Below, piece after piece: positions 50,970-58,236 of a stretch of 58,236 nucleotides of DNA. Every line of letters begins with the position of its first letter. Position 1 is the first letter of the stretch. The notes under the pieces are model-generated. The model searched no databases. It saw only the letters and a list, made by a program, of their open reading frames with translations, and was not told the origin of the DNA. The DNA is from Promethearchaeia archaeon. GTDB taxonomy: Archaea; Asgardarchaeota; Lokiarchaeia; Sigyniarchaeales; SOKP01. Position numbers and translations under genes: made by a program. Location of the stretch: positions 1 through 58,236 of the forward strand of contig JAHQWH010000019.1 of NCBI GenBank assembly GCA_029856105.1. The letters are read 5' to 3'.

Positions 50970-51477
50970 ATTTCTTTACAAGACTTTTTACTTTTTTATC
51001 AAAAAGCTTCGGATTTTTCATCATTTCTATTGCAGCTTTCTTATTAAAAACATCAGTGGGATTAACATACTTACCATGGGTGTTTAACATGGCAATTATT
51101 GCTTGAACAACAGTATTTGCTGTTTTTGAAGGACTCCATCCTCCTTTTTTACCCGTTAAAGAAGGATCTACTAAAGCTAAACAAATATTTCTCTGCCCTT
51201 TGTATTCACTTGGTTTTGCCCAAAAATTTGGATGCCAAATTGGAGTATGCAATCTTACGAAAGGAGGGCGCTTAGGATACTGAGCAGGGAATTTCATTTC
51301 CAACTTAAACAATCCACCTGCATAAGCTGTACCTTTAGGACCTTTAATTGTGATTGCTAAATGATCAATACTCTTTTTTTTCGAATTAAATGGTTTTAAT
51401 TGGATAATAGTACCTTCTTTAAGCAATCTTTTTAACCCCGCAAAATCTCTAGAAACACGACTGGTTCTTATACTCAT
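50950..51477 (-). CDS. Ubiquitin-conjugating enzyme E2
   Basis: GPKGTAYAGG, FPAQYPKRPP, HPN, catalytic ICL, WSP, NKKAA. Confidence 0.95.
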   Translation of the reverse strand: MSIRTSRVSRDFAGLKRLLKEGTIIQLKPFNSKKKSIDHLAITIKGPKGTAYAGGLFKLEMKFPAQYPKRPPFVRLHTPIWHPNFWAKPSEYKGQRNICLALVDPSLTGKKGGWSPSKTANTVVQAIIAMLNTHGKYVNPTDVFNKKAAIEMMKNPKLFDKKVKSLVKKYAKDKW

Positions 51478-51558
51478 TTTCTCAACCCTTTTTTTTATAT
51501 TTTTTTTTATACTTTTTATTTAATAGATTTTTCTCAAAAATCATTTTTGATTTATATT

Positions 51559-52791
51559 TTATTTTAATTTTAAGGTAACGTAAATATCTCCACCCTTAAA
51601 CCCCACAACGGTCAGAAATTCGTAATTTCTTAATCCATTTTCGATTACACTTTGCTCTAAATCTAAAACCATGATGTCATTGAAATCCTGTAAGGTAATA
51701 ACTGGTTCAAATTCAGGTTCCAATTCAAATCCATTTTTTTGCAATGTTCTAATTATGTTCATGCAGGGTGATTGAGGTTTCATTTTTATAGCAATACGTC
51801 TTACGTTTTTACCACATTGAGAACATTCCGGATTTCTCTTCTTTTCAATATGATACAGTTTCATTGTCATTCCATTAAATATAACATAACTTGAAATGGG
51901 CCGTCCTAAACTCTTATGACCTCTTTTCCAATGCAAAATTTTCACAGCTTCATGTGATTCTAAAGCAGAAATAATAGCATTAATAGTAATGATCCCAGGA
52001 TCATGACGATCAATGATTTTAACTATATCATCAGAAGTATATTCAGGTAGGAAATTATGCTTATTCACTAATTCATTTGCGACTTTTTGGATAAATTCAA
52101 TATCTTTTATATTTTTTGGGTTCAGATCTCTATCAAATTTTTCTTTAAACGCCATATCTCCTTTAAAAACACAATGAATCCGTTTTCGGGGGATACCTAC
52201 CACTGTACAGGCTGCCATTTCATCACTTTCTCCTACTGGTAGTGGATTACATTCATAGCAAGCATTCCGATACGGAAAGATTGAATACATATGTCCGTGA
52301 TAACCAGATGTACCTCCATCCACTAATGGTTTTCTAAATCTTATACATTGCGCATTTAGGTTCAAACGAGCATTCATTGAATCAAGACCTCCAATAACAA
52401 CATCAGCCGCATGATATAAAGCAGGATCTAACCTTTCTAAGGAGGTATGATAACCTTTTACAGTAACATTGGGATTAATCTTGATTAGCTTATTAGCTGC
52501 CACAATAGCTTTTGGTTCTCCTAACTTTGCATCAACAAAAAGAAGTTGGCGATTCAAATTGGAATGCTCAATAATATCTAAATCAACAAGATCTAAATGG
52601 CCGACCCCTAACATGGCCAGGTTTTTACTAATTTCGCAACCTAACCCACCAATGCCTACAATTAACACTCTTGAGTTTTTTACCAAATTCTGAGACCATC
52701 CTTCCAAACGAAATTGGCGGTCATATAAATCTCTCTCTTCCGCTGTCATTCTTTTGGCAAAAAAATCTGATTCCTTATCCATTATTATCAC
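51559..52791 (-). CDS. Ubiquitin-like activating enzyme E1 (Uba2/Uba3-like; probable start ATG 52782)
   Basis: YDRQ, GIGGLG, DLDIIEHSNLNRQ, CYEC, catalytic ACTVVGIPRKRIHC, CSQC, plus a C-terminal extension. Confidence 0.92.
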   Translation of the reverse strand: MIIMDKESDFFAKRMTAEERDLYDRQFRLEGWSQNLVKNSRVLIVGIGGLGCEISKNLAMLGVGHLDLVDLDIIEHSNLNRQLLFVDAKLGEPKAIVAANKLIKINPNVTVKGYHTSLERLDPALYHAADVVIGGLDSMNARLNLNAQCIRFRKPLVDGGTSGYHGHMYSIFPYRNACYECNPLPVGESDEMAACTVVGIPRKRIHCVFKGDMAFKEKFDRDLNPKNIKDIEFIQKVANELVNKHNFLPEYTSDDIVKIIDRHDPGIITINAIISALESHEAVKILHWKRGHKSLGRPISSYVIFNGMTMKLYHIEKKRNPECSQCGKNVRRIAIKMKPQSPCMNIIRTLQKNGFELEPEFEPVITLQDFNDIMVLDLEQSVIENGLRNYEFLTVVGFKGGDIYVTLKLK

Positions 52792-52806
52792 TTTTAATAT
52801 TATTCG

Positions 52807-52840
52807 AAAAAATAAAAAAATTGAAGGGCTTAATGCCCTT
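52807..52840 (-). terminator. Hairpin plus U-tract between the Ubl and E1 genes
   Basis: AAGGGC-N5-GCCCTT (52824-52840), followed on the minus strand by CAATTTTTTTATTTTTT. Confidence 0.45.
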
Positions 52841-52866
52841 ATATTAAACTTTATGAAAAGAAATAT

Positions 52867-53199
52867 TTAAAAGTATCCCGCAGTACTTGCTGGGATCAAG
52901 AGAATGTCGTCGCCATCATTAACACCATAATCTTTTAATTGATTACCCTCATCCATAGTAACTCCTCCGGATGAGAGGTGAAATTCTTCAGGATCAAGTC
53001 CGTATAAATTTCCTAATGTTTGTTTGATGTCACTTACATTATTAGCGTCATTCACCGTTAATTTCTCCTTCTTTTCACCAGGACCAATAGTTGACATGAA
53101 GTATAGAGTCAACTTTCTGCCTGTTGAGGGTGTTTTACTTGATGGAGTCTTAGATTTAACTGGTTCTAATTCTTCATCAAAATCGTCTTCAAAACTCAT
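52867..53199 (-). CDS. Ubiquitin-like modifier 1 with acidic N-terminal tail, C-terminus ...PASTAG-YF
   Basis: Beta-grasp pattern (VSDIK...FHLSSGG.TMDE..QLKDYGVNDGDDILL); first gene of the E1-E2-JAB-RING operon. Confidence 0.88.
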   Translation of the reverse strand: MSFEDDFDEELEPVKSKTPSSKTPSTGRKLTLYFMSTIGPGEKKEKLTVNDANNVSDIKQTLGNLYGLDPEEFHLSSGGVTMDEGNQLKDYGVNDGDDILLIPASTAGYF

Positions 53200-53465
53200 T
53201 CAAATCACTTTATCTATTTTTTTAATTTTTTTTTTTAAGAATTTAATAATATGATGTAAAAATGATATTAAAAAACTAATTGGAATGATTTTGAAGTTTT
53301 ATTAATTTTAAAAAGTAAAAGAAATTATATATTAAATAGAGTTCCTAAGAAAATATATTTATAAATTGAATGACAATTTATTAATATTTATTGGTGAGAA
53401 TACTGTTTAGAAAGAAGATTTGATTAATAAATTCAGACTTTTTAACATAGTAAAAATTTAAGCTT

Positions 53466-54137
53466 ATGAGCTCTCCGGATAACCTTCAATCTATTGTGTG
53501 TGATTTAATAGGGGAATATTTGAAAAAGAAACCTTTCTTTTCAATAGAAGATATTGTTGTATTTATCAATAATAGATCAAAATCTAACCCTTATCTAAAT
53601 AAAAATAGTATTGAACTTATAATTAAAAATCTAATTAAAAAAAGAATTTTAATTCCTGGAACAAAATTAATGAAAAACAATATTATTGAACATCCTATAA
53701 GAAATGAAATTTATAATTTTATAAAGAAGAATCCATCAAATATTAATGAAATAATGAAAGCCATTAATATTGGAAGCAATCAAACATTATGGCATTTATC
53801 TTGCTTAGAAAAATTTAGATTTACTAGATCAAAAAAAATTGGTAATCAAAAAATAATCTTTGAATACGATTCAAATCCAGAATATGACATGTTATTTTTT
53901 TATTTAAAACGAAATATCGTTCAAGAAATAATTGATTTTATGATTAAAGAAAATAAAACATTAAAGGGTACTGAAATCTCAACTGGATTAAAAAAGAATT
54001 ATAATACGATAAAAAAGTATCTTGAAATATTAAAAAATCTGGATTTAGTAACAATCGAAAAAGAAAATAAAAAGGTTTCTTTTAAAATCAATACAGAGAA
54101 ATACTATAAAATAAGAGAATCACTTTTAGGTGAGTGA
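53466..54137 (+). CDS. Tandem winged-helix DNA-binding protein
   Basis: RNEIYNFIKKNP.NINEI...WHLSCLEKF, and a second HTH (TEIS..LKKNYNTIKKYL). Confidence 0.75.
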   Translation: MSSPDNLQSIVCDLIGEYLKKKPFFSIEDIVVFINNRSKSNPYLNKNSIELIIKNLIKKRILIPGTKLMKNNIIEHPIRNEIYNFIKKNPSNINEIMKAINIGSNQTLWHLSCLEKFRFTRSKKIGNQKIIFEYDSNPEYDMLFFYLKRNIVQEIIDFMIKENKTLKGTEISTGLKKNYNTIKKYLEILKNLDLVTIEKENKKVSFKINTEKYYKIRESLLGE

Positions 54138-54221
54138 GCATCAAAATTTCAAACTTATTCCAATGGGATTTATATTTTGAATTATACATTAGAAATTTGA
54201 ATAAAATTTATCATAAAAATC

Positions 54222-55010
54222 ATGAGGAAGAATTTTAGAGTCTTAAGTCTCATAACTCTTTACGTAGGGATAGCATTTGTCTATTTGATTCTTATCTTTT
54301 TACAAGTAGAAAATGTTCCAGTATATCTCTTTTTAACAATTGGCAGTGTTGCTGTGCTATCCACAAGCACTATCTACACAGTTGTTCAATCTAAAAGTAC
54401 CCCCATTGTGAAGATGAAAGATATTAAATCATTTCCCAAACAAAAACTGAGTAAGAAAAAAACTAGTGCTCTACTTGAGGATTACTTTGATGCAATGCCT
54501 TTAATAGATAAATATGCGAATGCGATGGAATCATTTGAAGAAATAGAATCGATGGATGATTATATTTTTACTATTTTTAGTAAAGAAGAAATAGCTAAAA
54601 TTGATCTCTTAGGATTATCAAAAATGGACAAAATATTTTTTATTAGGGAAATGTTGTATTTTAACGTTTACGAGAGAAAACAGTTAATTGAAGACATGTT
54701 AGAAAACAAGAGCCTAACTGAGGAACAAGTGATATACAACCCACCATTGCAAACTATTGGGATGGATGAGAAAGTACGTGTTTATATAAGGTCATTAATC
54801 GAACCAGGTGAGAAAACTAAGATTCTCATAATTGAAACATTTGAATTAGTAAGTGTCATTAAAGAAAAAGTTGGGATACTATTTGATTATAATCTAGAAG
54901 ATTTTCTATTATCATCTGGGGGGATTTTATTAGATGAAACTCTTCTAATAAAAGATTACGTTATTGACGATGATGACGAAATTGCGCTAATTCCATCAAG
55001 AAAAAAATAG
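54222..55010 (+). CDS. Two-TM membrane protein with C-terminal ubiquitin-like domain lacking the terminal Gly
   Basis: N-terminal TM hairpin. The last ~80 aa align with both Ubls (PGEK, F.LSSGG..DE, DY...D.D.I.LIP) but end in SRKK. Confidence 0.82.
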   Translation: MRKNFRVLSLITLYVGIAFVYLILIFLQVENVPVYLFLTIGSVAVLSTSTIYTVVQSKSTPIVKMKDIKSFPKQKLSKKKTSALLEDYFDAMPLIDKYANAMESFEEIESMDDYIFTIFSKEEIAKIDLLGLSKMDKIFFIREMLYFNVYERKQLIEDMLENKSLTEEQVIYNPPLQTIGMDEKVRVYIRSLIEPGEKTKILIIETFELVSVIKEKVGILFDYNLEDFLLSSGGILLDETLLIKDYVIDDDDEIALIPSRKK

Positions 55011-55062
55011 TAGTGAAAAAAGAAAATAATATTATTTAATTGTCTATATCTTTCCAATCTAT

Positions 55063-55461
55063 TCAACCAGCAACGCTAGCTGGAATTAATAATATATCAT
55101 CTCCATCAGACAAGTTATAATCACTTAACATCGAAATTTCATCCATAGTGACTCCCCCCGAAGATAAATGAAAGTCAGCAGGATCTAAAGCAAACAAATT
55201 TGCTACAGTATCTTTAATATCTCCTACTTTATTTCCAGTATATACCAGTAATTTTTGTTTTTTCTCACCAGGTCCTATGGTTGATAGAAAATACACAGAA
55301 ATCTTTTTTCCTTCATGTGAGATTTTTTCATCTGGAGTTTTAACTGTAAATTCTTCCGTGGGGGCCTTTTTAGAAGGCTCATCTAATTCTTCATCTAGAT
55401 CTTCGTCAAATTCCTCATCAAATTCCTCGTTAAAATCTTCCTCAAAATCCATTAGATACAC
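55063..55461 (-). CDS. Ubiquitin-like modifier 2 with very acidic N-terminal tail, mature C-terminus ...PASVAG
   Basis: Close paralog of 52867-53199 (STIGPGEKK, FHLSSGGVTMDE, DGDDILLIPAS). Confidence 0.88.
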   Translation of the reverse strand: MYLMDFEEDFNEEFDEEFDEDLDEELDEPSKKAPTEEFTVKTPDEKISHEGKKISVYFLSTIGPGEKKQKLLVYTGNKVGDIKDTVANLFALDPADFHLSSGGVTMDEISMLSDYNLSDGDDILLIPASVAG

Positions 55462-55625
55462 ACCATTAATTTAGAATTATAAATTTAATATTTCTTTTAT
55501 AGAAATAATGGAAATGATAATATATAAATCGACAACAAAAATTGTCTTAAAAGTAAATTGCAAACACTTTAGAGTGAAAAATTATATAATATACTTAAAA
55601 ATTTATATGAGTTTTTACAAGTACC

Positions 55626-56708
55626 ATGAATGATAAACACATTCCTAAATACCAAATTCGAGAAAAAACACCTGAAGAGCAATTAGATGTTATTTCGGAT
55701 GCGAAATTACTCAAAAAAATTAAGGAAGAAACAGCTAAATTGAACAAAGAGAAAAATGAATGGGAACAGGTTATTAAAAAATTTGAAGGATACCACGAAA
55801 ATATTGAAGATTTAGAAAAGAAAAGAAAAGAAAAAGAAGTTCAAGTGAGAGATTTACAAAATAAACATGAAAAATTAAGAAATGAATTAGAAGCTATGAG
55901 AAACGAAATAAAGCAAAGTAGAGAGAATCTAGATCAAAAAAATGCTAACTTAGAACGATATCAAGAGAAACTGCAAGGATTAAAAGATGAGATAGAGAGT
56001 GAGAAAAAATATTTAGAAAAAGATAAAGAAAGAATAAAAGATAGAATTAAAGAAATTAAAACTAAAATACCTGGTATGGAACGGAGAGAAAATGCGTTAG
56101 AGAGAACTGTTGAAAAGTTGGAAAACGCATTAATGGATTTAAGAAATGAAATCAAGAATTTATCGAGAGAAAGAGATAATCTAACCAAAGAAATCAATAG
56201 TTTGAGAAGAGAAATAATAGATGAAAAAAATCGATTTGAAGATGAGAAAAGAAAATTAAAAGATGAAAAAGAAAAAGTTCGCTATAAAAAAAAAGAGTTA
56301 AACCTTCAATCTCGTGAAGTTGATAAAAAAAAAGAAGGATTAGGCAAGTATAAAGAGAATGCAGATCGCGACGTAAGAGAATTAGAAAGAAAGAAAAAAG
56401 GGCAAGAAGCAAGATTAAAGGAATTAGATAGAAAAGTTCCTAAAGCAGAAGATACTTATTATTCTTTAGAACATAAAGTTCGTAATTTAGAGAATAAACT
56501 TAAAAACTTAAAAAATGAGTCTAGACAATTGGAAAAAGAAAAATCGATGATACAGAATGAAAAACAAGCAATTAGAAGAGAGAGAGAAAAATTAGAAAGT
56601 GACAAAAAGAGATTTCTTAGAGAAAAGCGAGATTTTGAAAGAGAGTTAAGAAAAATTAAAGAGATTCCAAAATATAAAATCAAATCAAAAACCCCTTCAA
56701 AATATTAA
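55626..56708 (+). CDS. Long coiled-coil protein with matching terminal motifs
   Basis: Continuous E/K/R/L heptads; N-terminal IPKYQIREKTP and C-terminal IPKYKIKSKTP. Confidence 0.8.
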   Translation: MNDKHIPKYQIREKTPEEQLDVISDAKLLKKIKEETAKLNKEKNEWEQVIKKFEGYHENIEDLEKKRKEKEVQVRDLQNKHEKLRNELEAMRNEIKQSRENLDQKNANLERYQEKLQGLKDEIESEKKYLEKDKERIKDRIKEIKTKIPGMERRENALERTVEKLENALMDLRNEIKNLSRERDNLTKEINSLRREIIDEKNRFEDEKRKLKDEKEKVRYKKKELNLQSREVDKKKEGLGKYKENADRDVRELERKKKGQEARLKELDRKVPKAEDTYYSLEHKVRNLENKLKNLKNESRQLEKEKSMIQNEKQAIRREREKLESDKKRFLREKRDFERELRKIKEIPKYKIKSKTPSKY

Positions 56709-56728
56709 ATATTAAGTTTGGGATATCT

Positions 56729-57769
56729 ATGAAAATTCCAAAAGGAATTGAGGGAGATTACCTTGAAACAAAACAAGACCATCTATTTTTTGATATAAAA
56801 GGTATTTATCACCCCCATAATCGTAAGATTTGTTTTTTAAGATTTTATCCCGATCAAAATGGAGATAGAATAAAGGATGACATTAAATTTAAAAAAATCT
56901 ATTCGCTCGAAGAGAGGTACTCAAAATTAAGAGAGCAGTATCCTCAATATCTATTCTTTTCTAAAAATTTTGATTTAGAACTTCAAGGAGTAAAATATGA
57001 AGATATAAAACAAATTTACACTCCTAGAGCCTATTTTAAAAAGCTTAAAGATAAACATGAACTAACAGAAACAGAAATTCAGTCTAAAAATCTATGTGAA
57101 CTTTTAATACATAAGGGTGATATTCCGGAAAATTCTATTGGGATATCGGGGTCTCCTATGATTGGATTAAACAAAAAAGGCTCAGATATTGATATAGTTA
57201 TATATGGTACTCAAGTTAGTTTAGAATTTCAGAATAAATTAAAAAATTTACATCAAACTTCAAACAATAGTAGAATGTATAATTTAGAGGAATTTAAAAC
57301 TCATTATGAATGGAGAGTTGGAGGGTCTGATATTTGCTTCGAGGATTTTCTAAAAAGCGAAAAAAGAAAGTTACATCAAGGAAAATTCCATGGAATCGAG
57401 TTTTTTATAAGGTATATTAAAAGTCCCGAAGATTGGAATGGAACTTATTACGATTATAACTTCAAGAATTTAGGGAGAATAAAAATTAAAGCAAAAATTA
57501 CTAATTCAACCAATTCTATTTTTACTCCTTGCTCTTATAAAATAGAGAGTTTAAAAGTTTTAGAGAGTAAAATTATTTCAGAGAATATTAATTTAAAGAA
57601 TCTTAATGAAATTAATTCGTTTAGAGGAAGATTTTGCGAGCAAGCAATCAAAGGTGATAGAGTGTTAGTTGAAGGCAAATTAGAAGAAGTGAATTTCAGG
57701 AACGATAAAAGTTACCTGAGAATTTTATTAACTGATCAAGTTCAAGATAAAATGATAATTATTGACTAG
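56729..57769 (+). CDS. Archaeal predicted nucleotidyltransferase (Pol-beta fold, COG1665-like)
   Basis: KGIYHP..R...LRF.P...G, GISGS...SDIDIVIYG, SFRGRFCEQA..G..V.VEGKLE. Confidence 0.78.
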   Translation: MKIPKGIEGDYLETKQDHLFFDIKGIYHPHNRKICFLRFYPDQNGDRIKDDIKFKKIYSLEERYSKLREQYPQYLFFSKNFDLELQGVKYEDIKQIYTPRAYFKKLKDKHELTETEIQSKNLCELLIHKGDIPENSIGISGSPMIGLNKKGSDIDIVIYGTQVSLEFQNKLKNLHQTSNNSRMYNLEEFKTHYEWRVGGSDICFEDFLKSEKRKLHQGKFHGIEFFIRYIKSPEDWNGTYYDYNFKNLGRIKIKAKITNSTNSIFTPCSYKIESLKVLESKIISENINLKNLNEINSFRGRFCEQAIKGDRVLVEGKLEEVNFRNDKSYLRILLTDQVQDKMIIID

Positions 57770-57809
57770 TAATTAATGAACTTTTTAAATTTCCAAAAAA
57801 ATAATAGGA

Positions 57810-58236
57810 ATGAAAAATTATTTTTCTAAGAAATATCTGAGTTATAAAATGATTGAGAGATATAAGAAGTCAACCGAAATAGATCCTAACGACGCTGATG
57901 CGTGGATTAATTTAGGAGATGCTTATTACGATGAAAACAAATACGATTATGCAATAGAGTCATATCAAAAAGCCATTGAAATTAACCCTTATTTTTCCGA
58001 AGTTTGGAATAATCTTGGGCTCGCATTTAGTATAATGCGCCAATATAAAGAAGCTATAAAGTGCTACCAAAAAGCAATCGAAATAGAACCCGATGATGCA
58101 ATAGCTTATTATAACTTAGGATTTGCGCACGAAGACTTAGAAGAATACGACGAAGCGTTAAGATTTTATAAAATAGCTTTAGAATATGATCCCGGATATA
58201 CTGATGTTTGGAATAATATCGCTTTAATTTATAAAG
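57810..58236 (+). CDS. Tetratricopeptide repeat protein, runs off the window end (3' partial)
   Basis: Manual translation gives DADAWINLGDAYYDENKYDYAIESYQKAIEINP / SEVWNNLGLAF...EAIKCYQKAIEIEP / AIAYYNLGFAH. In-frame ATGs at 57810 and 57849. Confidence 0.9.
   Translation, partial: MKNYFSKKYLSYKMIERYKKSTEIDPNDADAWINLGDAYYDENKYDYAIESYQKAIEINPYFSEVWNNLGLAFSIMRQYKEAIKCYQKAIEIEPDDAIAYYNLGFAHEDLEEYDEALRFYKIALEYDPGYTDVWNNIALIYK

Noticed and set aside
51559-53199. SAMP/MoaD/ThiS sulfur-carrier system
   Set aside because: The E2, the RING-like protein and the Uba2/3-type catalytic Cys segment argue for an E1-E2-E3 cascade; no moaE/thiG/rhodanese genes are adjacent.
50151-57769. Type II CBASS reading (E1/E2 plus JAB plus nucleotidyltransferase)
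   Set aside because: The NTase resembles the archaeal COG1665-type family, lies on the other strand ~4 kb from E1 and ends in IIID. E1 and E2 are separate eukaryote-like proteins with dedicated Ubls, and no CBASS effector is visible.

Overview
AT-rich archaeal chromosomal window, most likely an Asgard archaeon of the Lokiarchaeia type. That call is inferred from an ether-lipid operon, methanopterin/F420 biosynthesis genes, GGTGA-type ribosome-binding sites and a eukaryote-like ubiquitin cluster. Left to right: (1) a CrtI-like/SDR/SnoaL operon, then a decayed region where a NERD-nuclease remnant meets a truncated radical SAM gene; (2) a TPP enzyme, a tautomerase and a glutamine synthetase-like gene whose 3' end is duplicated (184 bp, ~90% identical) around a two-gene islet; (3) an orphan adenine MTase, M28 peptidase, ilvD, two Gfo/Idh/MocA paralogs, SCP2 and two MFS transporters; (4) an ether-lipid operon (polyprenol kinase, GGR, GGGPS, DGGGPS); (5) a second MTase, a PadR/HAAS membrane module, an AN1-zinc-finger rhomboid pseudoprotease, larE, an AIR-synthase-like gene, a receiver protein and feoAB; (6) a ~12.5 kb methanopterin/F420/riboflavin cluster with a GDH-CBS fusion inside; (7) the highlight, a complete ubiquitin-like conjugation locus at 49.0-55.5 kb. 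It contains an operon of Ubl (C-terminal -AG-YF precursor), Uba2/Uba3-like E1, basic E2, JAMM protease and a six-TM RING protein, plus a second Ubl ending in -AG and a membrane-anchored non-conjugatable paralog of the same Ubl family. A coiled-coil protein, a nucleotidyltransferase and a TPR protein follow. Three genes appear to need non-canonical ATT/ATA start codons. No rRNA, tRNA, CRISPR array or transposase was recognised.
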